Shown one piece after another: positions 26,679-39,256 of a stretch of DNA of 52,972 nt. The DNA lies in assembly GCA_039796015.1 (NCBI GenBank), contig JBDKKQ010000093.1, positions 1 through 52,972 on the forward strand. The letters are read 5' to 3'. Position numbers and translations under genes: made by a program. Every line of letters starts with the position of its first letter. Within the stretch, counting starts at the first letter, position 1. Origin of the DNA: Verrucomicrobiota bacterium (GTDB lineage Bacteria > Verrucomicrobiota > Verrucomicrobiia > Limisphaerales > UBA9464). A model generated the notes under the pieces. The model saw only the letters and a program-made list of their open reading frames with translations. It was not told the DNA's origin and made no database searches.

Positions 26679-29600
26679 ATGGCAACGAAACAATCCGAGC
26701 GAATTAATTTCGGCAAGATCAAGGAAGTCATCGCCCCCCCCAACCTGATCGAGATCCAGCTCGACTCGTATCGCGAATTCCTTCAGTCCAACCTGTCCGC
26801 GTCCAAACGCCGGAATCTCGGGTTGCAGGCAGTTTTTACCGAAGTTTTCCCCATAGAAAGCTATGACGGTAAGACAGTCCTAGACTTCCACTCCTACGAC
26901 ATCCAGGAGCCGAAGATCGATTGGTTGGAGTGTCTCCGTGAGGGCTTGACCTTCGGAGCGCCGCTTTACGTCACCTTCCTGCTGAAGGAAGAGAAAGGTA
27001 CCAAGGAGGAAAAAGTGTTCATGGGCGAAATTCCGCTCATGACCCCCCAAGGCACCTTTGTTATCAATGGTGCTGAGCGTGTCATCGTCAGCCAATTGCA
27101 CCGCTCGCCGGGTCTGGCTTTCGAGACAACCCAACATCCGAATGGCAAGACCCTCCACAGCTTCCGGATTATCCCGGACCGTGGATCTTGGTATGAGGCC
27201 CAGTTCGACACCAGCGACCTCCTTTACGTTTACTTGGACCGCAAGAAACGCCGTCGTAAGTTCCTGACCACCACGTTCTTCCGGGCGCTCTTCACTTTGG
27301 CGGAAGCCAAGTTTGATGCCGATCCGAAGACGTCTCCGGACAAGCTCGGTAGCGATGGTGACATCCTGAAGTTGTTCTATTCGATCAAGGACGTCTCCGT
27401 AAAGGACGCCGAGAAGATCGAGGAGATCCAGAACATGGTCCTCGTGGAGGACGCTCTCGACGTTGATCGCGGCATTGTGGTGGCCCGTGCCTTTGAGCCG
27501 CTGTCCAAAGCGGTCGTCCGCCAGATCGCTGACCTCGGAGTTTCCAAGATTCGAGTGGTGGATACGTCGGTAGACGACGGCATCATCATCAAGTGCCTCA
27601 AGAAGGATCCGACCAAGAACGCGGAAGAGGCCCTCAAGGATATCTACCGTCGTCTCCGGCCCGGAGATCCCCCCACTGCGGCCAACGCCAAGGCCCTTAT
27701 CAAGCGCTTGTTCTTTGATGCCAAGCGTTATGATCTCGGTCGGGTGGGTCGCTACAAGATCAACCAGAAGCTCAACTTCAAGGACAACGGCGAAGACCGT
27801 ATCCTTCGGGGGCGCGACTTGCTGGAAGCGACCAAGTACCTGTTGCGCCTGAAGAAGGGGCAGGGAAGCGTTGACGATATCGACCATTTGGGAAGCCGCC
27901 GCATCCGGACCGTGGGCGAATTGCTCGCCAACCAGTGCCGTGTGGGCTTGGCCCGTACTGAGCGCTTGGTCAAGGAGCGCATGACCTTGTTCGATCAGAG
28001 CCTCGACACGATGACGCCTCAGAAGCTCATCAATCCGAAGGCGTTGTCAGCAGTGGTTCGCGACTTTTTCGGTCGCAGCCAGCTGAGTCAGTTCATGGAC
28101 CAGATCAATCCTTTGGCCGAGTTGACGCACAAGCGTCGTCTGTCTGCTCTCGGGCCTGGGGGTCTCTCCCGTGACCGTGCTGGATTTGAGGTTCGCGACG
28201 TCCATCCGTCCCATTACGGTCGTATTTGTCCGATTGAGACTCCCGAAGGACCGAACATCGGCTTGATCGCCTCCTTGGCGACCTATGCCCGAGTCAACGA
28301 CTTCGGTTTCATTGAAACACCTTACCGCAAGGCCGAGAAGGGTCGCGTGACGGGTCAGTTGGATTACCTTACCGGTGACCGTGAAGAGGGCTTCGTCATC
28401 GCTCAGGCCAATTCTCTGCTCGATGACAAGGGTAACTTCGTGGGTGACCGCGTCACCTGCCGTTGCAAGGGCGACTTCATCGACGTTGAGCCCGATCGCG
28501 TCGACTACATGGACGTCTCCCCGAAGCAGTTGGTTTCGGTGGCGGCCGGATTGATCCCGTTCTTGGAGCACGACGACGCGAACCGCGCGCTGATGGGCTC
28601 CAACATGCAACGCCAAGGCGTCCCGCTGTTGGTGACCGAGGCCCCGTTGGTGGCCACGGGTCTCGAGAGCCGAGTGGCTCAAGATTCCCGCGCGGTTATT
28701 ATCGCCGAGGAGGCAGGTAAGGTGGCCAGTGTCACCGGTTGCCAGATTATCATCACCAAGGATGGCAAGATCCCTGAGGGTAAGAAGAAACTAAAGCATT
28801 CTCCCGAGGACAGCGTCTGGATTTATCCGGTGCGCAAGTTCATGCGGTCCAACGCGGCCACCTGCATTAACCAGAAAATCCTGGTTTCCAAGGGTGAATC
28901 CGTGAAGAAAGGCCAAGTTCTGGCCGACGGTCCGTGCACTCAAGGCGGCGAGATCGCGTTGGGTCGTAACGTGCTGGTCGCGTTCATGCCTTGGAACGGC
29001 TATAACTTCGAAGACGCTATCCTGATCTCTGAAAAGATCGTCAAGGATGACATTTTCACCTCCATCCACATCGATGAGTTCGAAGTGGTTGCTCGTGATA
29101 CCAAGCTTGGGCCTGAGGAAATCACTCGGGATATCCCCAACCTGGGCGAAGAAGCTCTCAGGAATCTGGGTCTCGACGGCGTCATCCGCGTCGGTGCTGA
29201 GGTCAAGCCAGGCGACATCCTGGTCGGTAAAATCACGCCGAAGAGCGAAACAGAACTGGCTCCTGAAGAACGTCTCCTCCGAGCCATCTTCGGTGAGAAG
29301 GCTGCTGACGTGAAGGACACCTCGCTCAAGGTTCCTTCCGGTACCTACGGCATCGTCATGGATGTCAAGGTGTCGTCCAAGAAGGACAGCGACAAGGTGG
29401 TCGGAGGCAAGAAGGACGGCAAGGATGCCCCCCGCAAGGTGGCCAAGGAGATCGAGGACGGCTTCAAGCAGAAGCGTTCCGAGCTACTGGACCAACTGAC
29501 CGAGGCTCTTTCCAACATCCTCCTGGGCGAGAAGATCCCGCTCGACGTTCTCAATAGTGAGACTGGCGAGATCATCATCCCGGCCAACCGAAAGATCACC

Positions 29601-30560
29601 AAGACGCTGCTGAAGAAGCTGGCAGATGTCTATGATCGCATCGAGATCGACCCGTCGCCGATCCGCAACAAGATCAGCGAGATCATCAGCCAGTTCAAAA
29701 AGCGCTTTGATGAACTGCAGAGCCAGCACGACGAGGAAATGGATCGCGTCGAAGCCGGTGAAGAGCTCGATTCCGGTATCGTCAAGCAGGTCAAGGTCTA
29801 TGTCGCCTCAAAGCGTAAGCTTTCGGTGGGTGATAAGATGGCCGGACGCCACGGTAACAAAGGTGTCGTCGCCAAGATCGTGCCCGAAGAGGACATGCCG
29901 TTCCTTGAAGACGGAACCCCGGTCGAAATCGTGCTGAACCCGCTGGGCGTGCCTTCGCGCATGAACGTCGGACAGCTGCTTGAGACCCACTTGGGTTGGG
30001 CTTGCAAACTCCTGGGCATCAAGATCGCCACCCCGGTCTTCGACGGTATTAAGGAGAAAGAAATCCGCGGCTACCTCCGGGAGGCCAAGTTGCCAGAACA
30101 CGGCAAGGTACACCTCTACGACGGTCGCTCCGGCGAGCGTTTCGATCAGGAGATTGTGGTTGGCTACATCTACATGCTCAAACTCGGGCATTTGGTGGCC
30201 GACAAGATCCATGCCCGTGCTGTGGGCCCCTATTCCCTCGTTACCCAGCAACCGCTGGGCGGCAAGGCGCAGTACGGTGGTCAGCGCTTCGGTGAGATGG
30301 AAGTCTGGGCGATGGAAGCCTACGGCGCGGCCTTCATGTTGCAGGAACTCCTGACCGTGAAATCCGACGACGTTCAGGGCCGTACCCGCATCTACGAAAG
30401 CATCGTCAAGGGCGATAACTCGCTCGAAGCCGGTGTTCCTGAATCCTTCAACGTTTTGGTCAAGGAGATGCAGTCTCTCGGCCTCGACATTAAAGTGGGC
30501 TATACCAACCCGGCTGACGCCCCTCAAACCGCCTCGAATGCTTTGGCGGCCTTTGTCTAA
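26679..30560 (+). CDS. rpoB: DNA-directed RNA polymerase subunit beta
   Basis: Canonical RpoB over its full length ([78 protein letters not shown]). ATG 26679 is the likely start; 26613 and 26622 are alternatives. Confidence 0.97.
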   Translation: MATKQSERINFGKIKEVIAPPNLIEIQLDSYREFLQSNLSASKRRNLGLQAVFTEVFPIESYDGKTVLDFHSYDIQEPKIDWLECLREGLTFGAPLYVTFLLKEEKGTKEEKVFMGEIPLMTPQGTFVINGAERVIVSQLHRSPGLAFETTQHPNGKTLHSFRIIPDRGSWYEAQFDTSDLLYVYLDRKKRRRKFLTTTFFRALFTLAEAKFDADPKTSPDKLGSDGDILKLFYSIKDVSVKDAEKIEEIQNMVLVEDALDVDRGIVVARAFEPLSKAVVRQIADLGVSKIRVVDTSVDDGIIIKCLKKDPTKNAEEALKDIYRRLRPGDPPTAANAKALIKRLFFDAKRYDLGRVGRYKINQKLNFKDNGEDRILRGRDLLEATKYLLRLKKGQGSVDDIDHLGSRRIRTVGELLANQCRVGLARTERLVKERMTLFDQSLDTMTPQKLINPKALSAVVRDFFGRSQLSQFMDQINPLAELTHKRRLSALGPGGLSRDRAGFEVRDVHPSHYGRICPIETPEGPNIGLIASLATYARVNDFGFIETPYRKAEKGRVTGQLDYLTGDREEGFVIAQANSLLDDKGNFVGDRVTCRCKGDFIDVEPDRVDYMDVSPKQLVSVAAGLIPFLEHDDANRALMGSNMQRQGVPLLVTEAPLVATGLESRVAQDSRAVIIAEEAGKVASVTGCQIIITKDGKIPEGKKKLKHSPEDSVWIYPVRKFMRSNAATCINQKILVSKGESVKKGQVLADGPCTQGGEIALGRNVLVAFMPWNGYNFEDAILISEKIVKDDIFTSIHIDEFEVVARDTKLGPEEITRDIPNLGEEALRNLGLDGVIRVGAEVKPGDILVGKITPKSETELAPEERLLRAIFGEKAADVKDTSLKVPSGTYGIVMDVKVSSKKDSDKVVGGKKDGKDAPRKVAKEIEDGFKQKRSELLDQLTEALSNILLGEKIPLDVLNSETGEIIIPANRKITKTLLKKLADVYDRIEIDPSPIRNKISEIISQFKKRFDELQSQHDEEMDRVEAGEELDSGIVKQVKVYVASKRKLSVGDKMAGRHGNKGVVAKIVPEEDMPFLEDGTPVEIVLNPLGVPSRMNVGQLLETHLGWACKLLGIKIATPVFDGIKEKEIRGYLREAKLPEHGKVHLYDGRSGERFDQEIVVGYIYMLKLGHLVADKIHARAVGPYSLVTQQPLGGKAQYGGQRFGEMEVWAMEAYGAAFMLQELLTVKSDDVQGRTRIYESIVKGDNSLEAGVPESFNVLVKEMQSLGLDIKVGYTNPADAPQTASNALAAFV

Positions 30561-30593
30561 TCCTTTCGATCATCTGCTGAACGCACACGAACT

Positions 30594-33500
30594 ATGTTGA
30601 GCTCCAAGGACACTGCCCGCGAGTTGCTGGGCCTAGACAAGGTTAACCTGGTCGACCACGTCGCGATCCAGGTCGCCTCGCCGGAGATCATACGCTCCTG
30701 GTCGAAGGGTGAAGTAAAGAACCCCGAGACCATCAATTACCGCACATTCAAGCCCGAGAAAGGCGGTCTTTTCTGCGAGCGCATTTTCGGTCCTGTGAAG
30801 GACTGGGAATGTTCCTGCGGCAAGTACAAACGGATCAAGCACCGCGGTGTGGTGTGCGATCGGTGCGGCGTCGAAGTGACCTTGGCTCGCGTTCGCCGCG
30901 AGCGCATGGGCCACATCGAGTTGTCCGTGCCTGTTTCCCACATCTGGTTCTTCAAGTGCATGCCGTCCCGCATCGGTTTGATGCTGGATATGACGGCCCG
31001 CCACTTGGAGCGTGTTATCTACTACGAAGACTACCTGGTCATCGACCCTGGCAGTACTGCGTTGAAGGTTCACCAGTTGCTCTCCGAGCACGAGTACCGC
31101 GAGGCCCGAACCACCTACGGTAACGACGCGTTCGTTGCCAAGATGGGTGCCGAGGCCGTTCACGGTGCTTTGGCTAATCTCCAATTGGACAAGACCGTGG
31201 ATGAACTCCAGGTCGCCATGACGGAGACCAAGTCCAAGCAAAACCGAAAGAAGATCTCCAAGCGCATCAAGCTGTTCCAGGGCTTCTCCAAGTCCGTGAT
31301 GCGTCCGGAATGGATGATCCTGACGGTGCTGCCAGTCATTCCTCCCGATCTGCGCCCGTTGGTGCCGCTCGAAGGCGGACGTTTCGCGACCTCCGATCTC
31401 AACGATCTCTATCGCCGGGTTATCAACCGGAACAATCGTCTCAAGAACCTGCTCCAGCTCAAGACTCCGGAAGTCATTATCCGGAACGAGAAGCGCATGT
31501 TGCAGGAGGCAGTTGACGCATTGTTCGACAACGGCCGCCATGGTCGCGCCGTGACCGGTGCGGGCAACCGCGCCTTGAAGTCCCTGTCTGACATGCTCAA
31601 GGGCAAGTCGGGCCGCTTCCGCCAGAACTTGCTGGGCAAGCGCGTCGATTACTCGGGTCGTTCGGTCATCGTCATCGGGCCGGAGCTCAAGCTGCACCAA
31701 TGCGGCCTACCCAAGAAAATGGCGTTGGTGCTCTTCGAGCCCTTCATCATTCGCCGCCTGAAAGAACTCGGCTACGTTCACACGGTCCGCTCGGCCAAAA
31801 AGATGATCGAGCGTCAGACCAAGGAGGTCTGGGATATCCTCGAAGAGGTGACCCGCGGGCATCCTGTGCTGCTCAACCGAGCACCAACACTGCATCGTCT
31901 GTCGGTTCAGGCGTTCGAGCCGGTCCTCATCGAGGGCGAAGCCATCCGAATCCATCCGTTGGTTTGTACCGCCTATAATGCGGACTTCGACGGTGACCAG
32001 ATGGCCGTGCACGTACCGCTGTCGGTTGAAGCCCAGTTGGAGGCTCGCCTCCTCATGATGGCGCCGCTGAACATTTTCAGCCCGTCGAGCGGCAAGCCGA
32101 TCATGACGCCGACTCAGGACATCCCACTGGGTTGCTATTACCTCACTGCCGAACCGCGCAAGGCCCGCAAGGAGGGCGAACGCATCGTTCTGTGCGGTTC
32201 CAAAGAAGAAGTCATCTTCGCCCAGATGGATGGTGCCTTGAAGACCCACGATCGTGTGCGTCTCAAGAATCCGGACTTCGGCAAGAAGACGGTCTACGGC
32301 AATGCGACTGACCGCGTCATTGAGACCACCGTGGGTCGCGTGATCTTCTCGGAGATCTGGCCGCCCGAGCTGGGCTTCGCCAACATCGTGGTGGGCAAGA
32401 GCAAGTTGGGTGACCTCATTCTCAACTGCTATAAGACTGTCGGCCACGAGCGCACAGTCACCACCCTCGACAAGCTGAAAGAAATCGGATTCGAGCAGGC
32501 GACCCGTGCAGGTGTTTCGATCGGTATCGACGACATGATCGTTCCGACTGAGAAGCAGAAGGAGATCAAGGAGGCGCTTCACCAGATCAGCGAGGTCGAG
32601 AAGCAGCACAAGAAGGGCGTCATCACCAACCAGGAACGCTACAACAAGGTGGTCGATATCTGGACTCATTGTACCGATCAAATCGGTTCGGTGATGCTCA
32701 AGACGTTGGACGCCAACCAGGGCAAGAAGGAGTACAACCCGGTCAGCCTGATGGTGGATTCCGGCGCCCGTGGTAACAAGGCCCAGGTCCGTCAGTTGGC
32801 CGGTTTGCGTGGTCTTATGGCCAAGCCGAGCGGTGAGATCATCGAAAAGCCGATTCTTTCGAGCTTCCGCGAGGGTCTGACTGTTTTGGAGTACTTCATC
32901 TCGACGCACGGCGCCCGTAAGGGTCTTGCCGATACCGCGCTCAAGACCGCCGACTCCGGTTACATGACCCGAAAGCTGGTCGATGCAGCCCAAGACGTGA
33001 TTATTCGCGACGAAGATTGCGGCACCAGCGCCGGCATCTCCGTTCAGTCGATTTACGAGGGCGAGGAAGAAGTGGTGAAGATCAGCGAGCGTGTCGTCGG
33101 CCGGTATGCCGCCGAAGACATCTACGATCCAGCCGACCTGAAGAATCGCCTGATTGGTGCTGGTGAGGAGTTCGACGAGATCAAGTCTCGATCGATCGAC
33201 CGCTCCGGTCTCGATAAGGTGAAGATTCGTTCGGTGTTGACCTGCGAAACGAAGGTCGGCATTTGTGCCAAGTGCTATGGTCGCCATCTCGGCACCGGCA
33301 AGTTGGTTAAGAAGGGCGAGGCCGTTGGCATCATCGCCGCCCAGTCCATCGGTGAGCCGGGAACGCAGCTCACAATGCGTACCTTCCACGTCGGCGGCGT
33401 CGCGACCGGTACCTACAAGCAGCCCCAGATCAAGGCCAAGCAGGATTCGAAGGTTCGATACAATGATCTGCGCGTCGTTGCGTTGGGCGATGGCAACAAC

Positions 33501-34733
33501 ATCGTTCTGAATAAGAATGGTACTGTCAGCTTGCTCGCTCCGGACGGTAAAGAACTCGACACGCATTCCATCGTGGTCGGCTCTATTATCTCCATTCCCG
33601 ATGGCGGAATGGTCAAGAAGGGCGACGTGTTCATCGAGTGGGATGCATACAATGTGCCCATCATCTCGGAGAAGGCGGGATTGGTCAGGTTCCTCGATAT
33701 CATCGAGGGCGTGACCATGAAGCAAGAGGTCGATGAGACCACCGGCTCAGAGGACATGGTCATCATCGAGCACAAGGAAGACCTCCACCCGACGGTCATT
33801 GTCGAGGACGCCAAGTCCGGAGATCCCCTGGCTCAGTATTCAATTCCCGCCGGGGCTCACTTGGTTGTCTCTGAAGGCGACGAGATCGGTGCCGGTTCAC
33901 TCTTGGCCAAGACCCCTCGAAAGGCTTCCAAGACTAAGGATATCACCGGCGGTTTGCCGCGTGTTGCCGAATTGTTCGAAGCGCGTCGTCCGAAGGATGC
34001 CGCCGAGATCTCGAAGATCGATGGTGTTGTTGATTTCGGATCCTCCATTCGCGGCAAGCGCTGCGTGGTGGTGAAGGACATTCACACCAGCGTGGAAGAG
34101 GAGCACCTCATTCCGATCGGAAAGCACATCATCGTCTATAAGGGTGACTTCGTGAAGAAGGGGCAGCAGTTGACCGACGGTCCGGTCGTTCCCCACGAGA
34201 TCCTGGACGTTTGCGGACCGCACGAGTTGCAGGAGCACTTGGTCAACGAGATCCAGGAGGTCTATCGCCTCCAGGGTGTGACCATTAACGACAAGCACAT
34301 CGAGATCATCATCCGTCAGATGCTCCGCAAGGTTCGCATCACTGAACCGGGCGATACGCTCTTCCTGTGGAGTGAGCAGATCGACAAGCTTGTCTTTGAA
34401 GAAGAGAACAACCGCGTCGAGAAGATGGGTGGTAAACCTGCAGAGGCAGCACCGGTTCTTCTGGGCATCACTAAGGCGTCGTTGGAGACCGAGTCGTTCT
34501 TGAGCGCCGCGTCGTTCCAAGACACGACCCGCGTCCTCACCGAGGCGGCGACCATGGGCAAGTTCGACTATCTCCGCGGCTTCAAGGAGAACGTCATCAT
34601 GGGCCACATCATCCCGGCCGGAACCGGCTACGACCTGCATCGCAACATCAAGGTTAAGATGCTCGTCGAAGTCCCGGAAGATGAACCGACCGTGATGGAC
34701 ATCACCGCCGACCAGTCGCCTTCGGTCGCCTGA
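30594..34733 (+). CDS. rpoC: DNA-directed RNA polymerase subunit beta'
   Basis: Zn-finger [23 protein letters not shown], catalytic [12 protein letters not shown], trigger loop and C-terminal conserved regions. Confidence 0.98.
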   Translation: MLSSKDTARELLGLDKVNLVDHVAIQVASPEIIRSWSKGEVKNPETINYRTFKPEKGGLFCERIFGPVKDWECSCGKYKRIKHRGVVCDRCGVEVTLARVRRERMGHIELSVPVSHIWFFKCMPSRIGLMLDMTARHLERVIYYEDYLVIDPGSTALKVHQLLSEHEYREARTTYGNDAFVAKMGAEAVHGALANLQLDKTVDELQVAMTETKSKQNRKKISKRIKLFQGFSKSVMRPEWMILTVLPVIPPDLRPLVPLEGGRFATSDLNDLYRRVINRNNRLKNLLQLKTPEVIIRNEKRMLQEAVDALFDNGRHGRAVTGAGNRALKSLSDMLKGKSGRFRQNLLGKRVDYSGRSVIVIGPELKLHQCGLPKKMALVLFEPFIIRRLKELGYVHTVRSAKKMIERQTKEVWDILEEVTRGHPVLLNRAPTLHRLSVQAFEPVLIEGEAIRIHPLVCTAYNADFDGDQMAVHVPLSVEAQLEARLLMMAPLNIFSPSSGKPIMTPTQDIPLGCYYLTAEPRKARKEGERIVLCGSKEEVIFAQMDGALKTHDRVRLKNPDFGKKTVYGNATDRVIETTVGRVIFSEIWPPELGFANIVVGKSKLGDLILNCYKTVGHERTVTTLDKLKEIGFEQATRAGVSIGIDDMIVPTEKQKEIKEALHQISEVEKQHKKGVITNQERYNKVVDIWTHCTDQIGSVMLKTLDANQGKKEYNPVSLMVDSGARGNKAQVRQLAGLRGLMAKPSGEIIEKPILSSFREGLTVLEYFISTHGARKGLADTALKTADSGYMTRKLVDAAQDVIIRDEDCGTSAGISVQSIYEGEEEVVKISERVVGRYAAEDIYDPADLKNRLIGAGEEFDEIKSRSIDRSGLDKVKIRSVLTCETKVGICAKCYGRHLGTGKLVKKGEAVGIIAAQSIGEPGTQLTMRTFHVGGVATGTYKQPQIKAKQDSKVRYNDLRVVALGDGNNIVLNKNGTVSLLAPDGKELDTHSIVVGSIISIPDGGMVKKGDVFIEWDAYNVPIISEKAGLVRFLDIIEGVTMKQEVDETTGSEDMVIIEHKEDLHPTVIVEDAKSGDPLAQYSIPAGAHLVVSEGDEIGAGSLLAKTPRKASKTKDITGGLPRVAELFEARRPKDAAEISKIDGVVDFGSSIRGKRCVVVKDIHTSVEEEHLIPIGKHIIVYKGDFVKKGQQLTDGPVVPHEILDVCGPHELQEHLVNEIQEVYRLQGVTINDKHIEIIIRQMLRKVRITEPGDTLFLWSEQIDKLVFEEENNRVEKMGGKPAEAAPVLLGITKASLETESFLSAASFQDTTRVLTEAATMGKFDYLRGFKENVIMGHIIPAGTGYDLHRNIKVKMLVEVPEDEPTVMDITADQSPSVA

Positions 34734-34754
34734 TCGTTTTGGATTAAGATCTGA

Positions 34755-34789
34755 CAGGGCACCTGGAAACAGGTGCCCTGTTTTGCTTT
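34755..34789 (+). terminator. intrinsic terminator after rpoC
   Basis: Perfect 11-bp stem CAGGGCACCTG-GAAA-CAGGTGCCCTG followed by TTTTGCTTT. Confidence 0.85.
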
Positions 34790-35338
34790 GTGTGTGCCCA
34801 GTCAGGCGCACCTGTTGGTGGGCTAGGAATATTCGGCGAAGAAAGTCAGTCAACCGATCGACCTCAAGTCTCTGTTGCCTGATCAGGATTCTGAACCTTG
34901 ACGGTGAAACCGGTTGCTTCTCACCGGCCTGAATTCCAGTCTTCGGATGAGCGATCGGATTAAACCCAAGTCCTGCTGCTCCGGATTCCCCCCATGAAGA
35001 AGGTATCCCGCTCTTCCCTGAGTCTTGGAGTTGTGCGTCCTCCAGAGCCAACTCCTGCTAGGCCAACTCCAATTCGACGTTTTAAGCCGAGATTCGGTCC
35101 CGATCCCATCCCGCAGCCCCTTCTAGGGCGTTTTGGCCTCGGAGTCTCGGCAAGGCTGATCCGTCGCCACAGATCGAGCCCAGTGGAGCGACGCGTGGGA
35201 AAAGGTGCTTCGGCCCCGCTGAGATTTGTTTTTATCCGTCGTACGAAAACCGTACGGGGAAGAACCTCTCGCCGCTCCTCAGCCCAAGGGCCCCTGCCGA
35301 TTCGGATTCAAAAAGCAGTGGGCAAGGGCAAGGTTTCG

Positions 35339-36430
35339 ATGCAGGGGGCCAAGCCTGACCTCTTGTCATTGTTGGAGCCCAAGAGGGGGGCGTCGGCAAT
35401 TCAGGGATTGCCCTGGGTCCAACATCTAATGGCAGTCCATTTGGACCCTGTGAACATTCCGCAAGGACTGCCCGAGATGCCTCCGATCCTGCTGGAGGGG
35501 GATCCCGGGACACTGAATTTACCCATCCTAGAATCGGGCCAGGGTTCCCATGAATTGGCAGGGGCTGCATCGGCGGTGTGGCTAACGGGCTGCGATCCGC
35601 GGACATTGCTTCTGGGTTGGGAGGAGCCAAGTCAGCCCTCGGTATCGACAGCTTCCCCAACGGAATGGCGGATTCGTTCGGTCACTGAACCGAATTCCAT
35701 ACTCGCTGCAGGAGCCCTGCCTACGGACCGCCGATTTATTTTCCTTCAAGATCCGCCGCAGGCAACGGGCCATATCGCTGACATTGGGATGCGGTCCCCC
35801 CAGGGGCGCTGGGAATGCCTGGCCTCTTCCGGACCGGTCTCGCTGCCGCCGTCTTCGGTGGCTCCGGATGCGTCACCAGCCCCTGTTCCACTCCCAGCGG
35901 CCGCCGGCGTTCGGCCCGGGGTCGTTCGGCCCGGGGTTATGGCGAGTTATTTTCAGCATATTTTGGATCCTCAGTTTGGGCCTGTGGGGAGTTCGGAACT
36001 CGGACTGCCCGCCGTGTCTGATCGACTGGGGCAGGGCGGGGGCTCCAACCAAGCCCCATCCTCGGAGTGGACCGTGGCGATCCCGGAAATCTCCTCGTCG
36101 GCCTTGGGTTCGCCAGGCTTGGACTCCGGTTTGCCTTCAGAGGACTTTGAGTTTCGCGTTAATGCTGAGGTGGTTCTCTTTGGCAGCACACGACCTGGGT
36201 CTCGTGTGACGATTTTTGGCCGCCCGGTTGATTTGCGTTCGGACGGATCCTTCACCTTCCGTTGTGCATTGCCGGACGGTCGATTTGAGGTGCCGATGCA
36301 GGCGGTGGGTCCGCAGGGGATGGATGTCCGGCAGGCTGTTCTCACTTTGGCCCGACAGACAGAGGTCCGCGGCGGGGTGGGCTCACATCCACCGATCTTT
36401 GGACTTCCACTTCCGGATGCCATTCCGTGA
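35339..36430 (+). CDS. DUF4912-type protein (GH57-associated)
   Basis: The C-terminal block FEFRVNAEVVLFGSTRPGSRVTIFGRPVDLRSDGSFTFRCALPDGRFEVPMQAV and the upstream L.GCDPRTLLLGWE match the DUF4912 pattern. Its stop overlaps the GH57 start (GTGA). The start is uncertain: ATG 35339 is preferred, and ATG 34994 would add a very basic Pro/Arg-rich extension. Confidence 0.7.
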   Translation: MQGAKPDLLSLLEPKRGASAIQGLPWVQHLMAVHLDPVNIPQGLPEMPPILLEGDPGTLNLPILESGQGSHELAGAASAVWLTGCDPRTLLLGWEEPSQPSVSTASPTEWRIRSVTEPNSILAAGALPTDRRFIFLQDPPQATGHIADIGMRSPQGRWECLASSGPVSLPPSSVAPDASPAPVPLPAAAGVRPGVVRPGVMASYFQHILDPQFGPVGSSELGLPAVSDRLGQGGGSNQAPSSEWTVAIPEISSSALGSPGLDSGLPSEDFEFRVNAEVVLFGSTRPGSRVTIFGRPVDLRSDGSFTFRCALPDGRFEVPMQAVGPQGMDVRQAVLTLARQTEVRGGVGSHPPIFGLPLPDAIP

Positions 36431-38067
36431 GTGAACCACCGGTGATCGGGTCTCTCGCCCTCGTGCTGCACGCTCACCTTCCGTGGGTGCGACATGCCGA
36501 TCAGGACCGGTTCTTGGAGGAGTACTGGCTGTTTGAGGCGGTGGCCGAGTGCTACCTGCCGCTCTTGAGACTCATCCGGGGTTGGGCCCGCGATGATGTG
36601 GATTGGAAGTTCAGCCTCGGGATCACGCCGACCCTGGCTGCCATGTGGGCCGACCCGTTGCTGCGTTTCCGGAGTCAACGGTATTTGGCCGAGCGTCGTG
36701 ATCTGGCGCGGATGGAATGCGAGCGCACGATCCTCATTCCCGAACTGCAGGCGGTGGCCCAGTTTCACCGCGCGTTTTACGACCAAGTTTGGGAAGAGTG
36801 GTTGGCTTGCGGAGGGGACCTGGTGGGAGCCTTTGCCGCCTGGGCGCAGACGGGAAGGCTGGAACTGCTGGCAGGCCCGGCCACGCACCCCATCCTGCCG
36901 CTGCTGACCATTGAACTGGGGAGCCTTCGGGCTCAATTGCGTCTGGGACTGAGGGAACACGAGCGCCGATTCGGCCATTGTCCACAGGGGCTTTGGCTCC
37001 CGGAGTGCGCCTGGTCTCCCGCGTTGGAGCCACATTTGTTGGCGGTGGGAGTCCGCCACAGCATCGTAGAGACTCATGGACTCCTGAAGGGTTCGCCTCC
37101 GGCGCCCTCTGCGATTTTTCTGCCAGTTCGTAGCCCGGGGGGAATCACGGTTTTCGGGCGCGATCCTCTGAGTGCTCGACAGGTTTGGAGCCGCCAGGGC
37201 GGATATCCTGGGGACCCTCGATACCGGGAATTTCACCGTGATTTGGCCGATGAGGCGGAGTGGGAATCCGTATCGCGGTTTCTCCCGGCAGCTGGGGTCC
37301 GCTACCCCAGTGGACTCAAGTACCATCGAGTCACCGGCGGTGGCGTCGACAAGTTGCTCTACAATCGGTCCGAGGCGATGCAGGCCGTTGAAGAACAGGT
37401 GACTCATTTCTTGTCGCAGAGGCAGCACCAACTCCGACAAGCCCGGGCTGGACTAACTCGAACACCGGTTATCGTGGCCCCTTACGATGCCGAACTCTTT
37501 GGCCACTGGTGGTTCGAGGGACCGGAGTTTCTGGATGGTGTGATGCGTCAGGCTTCGCGCTTCGGTATTGGGCCACAGACTTTGTCGGGGGCTTCCGGCG
37601 ATAGTACCGAGGCATGGGTGTCGCAGCCTGCCGAGTCGAGTTGGGGTGCTGGTGGGCACCTGGGGGTGTGGCTTCACCCATCGAACGCGGACCTTCAGCC
37701 ACGACTGCGCTCAGCTGGTGTAAGGATGGTTTCGGTGGCTCGTACGGCCATTATCGCCGCTGAATCCGGTAATCCTCGGGGTGGGTGCCTCGAGGGATGG
37801 GCGCGGCAAGCGGGCAGGGAATTGCTACTAGCCCAAGCCAGTGACTGGCCTTTCCTAATCCGTATGGGTACCGCCGAAGGCTACGCGCGTCGCCGAGTCG
37901 AAGGTCATCTGCAGGCCTTCGAGGGCCTTGCCAAGGCCGTCCTCGGTGTCGAGGGAACGGCCGCTTTGGAGGGACAGGAAACTTCTCGGCCTGGGGACGG
38001 TTTTCCGGAGCCGGATCTCAACTGGTGGTGGTCGGCCGGGGAGGGTAATCTTTGCGTGCTTGGATGA
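36427..38067 (+). CDS. glycoside hydrolase family 57 protein (1,4-alpha-glucan branching enzyme type, DUF1957)
   Basis: N-terminus GSLALVLHAHLPWVRH....FLEEYWLFEAVAECYLPLLRL, then GRLELLAGPATHPILPLL and APYDAELFGHWWFEGPEFL, characteristic of GH57 GlgB-like enzymes. Confidence 0.88.
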   Translation: MSEPPVIGSLALVLHAHLPWVRHADQDRFLEEYWLFEAVAECYLPLLRLIRGWARDDVDWKFSLGITPTLAAMWADPLLRFRSQRYLAERRDLARMECERTILIPELQAVAQFHRAFYDQVWEEWLACGGDLVGAFAAWAQTGRLELLAGPATHPILPLLTIELGSLRAQLRLGLREHERRFGHCPQGLWLPECAWSPALEPHLLAVGVRHSIVETHGLLKGSPPAPSAIFLPVRSPGGITVFGRDPLSARQVWSRQGGYPGDPRYREFHRDLADEAEWESVSRFLPAAGVRYPSGLKYHRVTGGGVDKLLYNRSEAMQAVEEQVTHFLSQRQHQLRQARAGLTRTPVIVAPYDAELFGHWWFEGPEFLDGVMRQASRFGIGPQTLSGASGDSTEAWVSQPAESSWGAGGHLGVWLHPSNADLQPRLRSAGVRMVSVARTAIIAAESGNPRGGCLEGWARQAGRELLLAQASDWPFLIRMGTAEGYARRRVEGHLQAFEGLAKAVLGVEGTAALEGQETSRPGDGFPEPDLNWWWSAGEGNLCVLG

Positions 38068-38296
38068 CTTCTGCGGAGCCGTCTGGTCATCGGTGCCTCG
38101 CTGTTTTGCTCCGGTGATGAAGGATTCTAACGGAAAATGGTCGGTGCCCCCGATGGAAGCTGCTGCACGAATCTGAAGTTTTGACGCTTTCCCGGGCAAC
38201 GGGTGCTCTATCCATAATTCGAGCGTTGACGATTCTTCTCTCGGATCGCTTCATCTCGCGCAGCCCCATATACTGTCGTTCAACAAACCTTTTTGC

Positions 38297-39223
38297 ATGA
38301 ATCCCTATCCTGCATCTCTGACTCGTCGTGAGCGCAACCAGCGCGACGGTTTCACCCTCATCGAATTGTTGGTGGTCATCGCCATCATCGCCATTCTTGC
38401 CGGAATGTTGCTGCCGGCCTTGTCCAAGGCAAAAGACAAGGCCTTGTCGACCATCGACTTGAGTGGTTGCAAGCAGATCATGCTCAGCAGCCATATGTTC
38501 GCGACCGACAACCAAGACGACCTGCCGGGTCCGACCTGGGGTCTCACCGGTTGCAAGACCGGTTGGGCCTATTCGGCCGTCAATGACGGGAGTGCCCCGT
38601 CCCAGACTCCGGGCCAGGCCGTGCCGGCAACGATTCCCGATGGCGCAGGCGACAATAAGATGCCGCTGAGCGCTGGTTCCAAGTCCCTGGCGCAGCAGCC
38701 TTTCTTCATGATGGGGCAGTTGGGACGATTCCTCACCACCCCGAAGGTGCTCTTCTGCCCCAAAGATCTCACTGAAGTCGCTGGTTCTAAGAAGAACGAA
38801 TGGGCTGGCCGCAGCGTCAAAATCACCAGCTACACCTTCAACGGCTGCATCATTGATTTGGGTGCGTTGCCCAACATGGCCGAAGGCAAGGCTCGCAAAC
38901 AGTCGGCCTTCCGCCCTCTCGACATCCTGTTCTGGGAGACGGCCGAGGGTGATCCCTTCCTCTTCAATGACGCAGGTAACCAACCGACCGAAGGCATCTC
39001 GCAGCGCCACCGCGCTTCGGCCTACAAACGCGGCATCCTCAATCAAAATTGGGGTGGTCAGTCGTCCATTGGCCGCATGGATGGCAGCGCCAGCTTCATC
39101 CGGTTCAACGACTTCACCATCATGGGAGGCGGGACCCCTCAAGGCATGCCTGCAGGTCTGAAGGCCATGCCCCAGAAAGACGACAACAATCACGTTTGGA
39201 TTGGACCGGCCTACAAGAATTGA
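38297..39223 (+). CDS. prepilin-type N-terminal cleavage/methylation domain protein (pseudopilin-like, PVC-type)
   Basis: G/FTLIELLVVIAIIAILAGMLLPALSKAKDKA N-terminus. Confidence 0.88.
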   Translation: MNPYPASLTRRERNQRDGFTLIELLVVIAIIAILAGMLLPALSKAKDKALSTIDLSGCKQIMLSSHMFATDNQDDLPGPTWGLTGCKTGWAYSAVNDGSAPSQTPGQAVPATIPDGAGDNKMPLSAGSKSLAQQPFFMMGQLGRFLTTPKVLFCPKDLTEVAGSKKNEWAGRSVKITSYTFNGCIIDLGALPNMAEGKARKQSAFRPLDILFWETAEGDPFLFNDAGNQPTEGISQRHRASAYKRGILNQNWGGQSSIGRMDGSASFIRFNDFTIMGGGTPQGMPAGLKAMPQKDDNNHVWIGPAYKN

Positions 39224-39256
39224 TCGTCCAAGAGCCTTCGTTATCATTCGAATGCC

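Noticed and set aside
31707-35051. Long minus-strand ORFs (672 aa and 384 aa) inside rpoC and its downstream region
   Set aside because: These are shadow ORFs opposite an unambiguous rpoC. The same applies to 26880-27887, 29808-30527 and 30633-31700 (opposite rpoB and rpoC).
35971-37440. 489-aa minus-strand ORF across the DUF4912/GH57 genes, plus similar antisense ORFs at 38087-39265, 39863-40762, 41942-42757, 43397-44392, 14277-15206 and 4198-5274
   Set aside because: All lie opposite genes with clear family motifs. They have Arg/Gly/Pro-rich composition typical of high-GC antisense frames, and they have no motifs.
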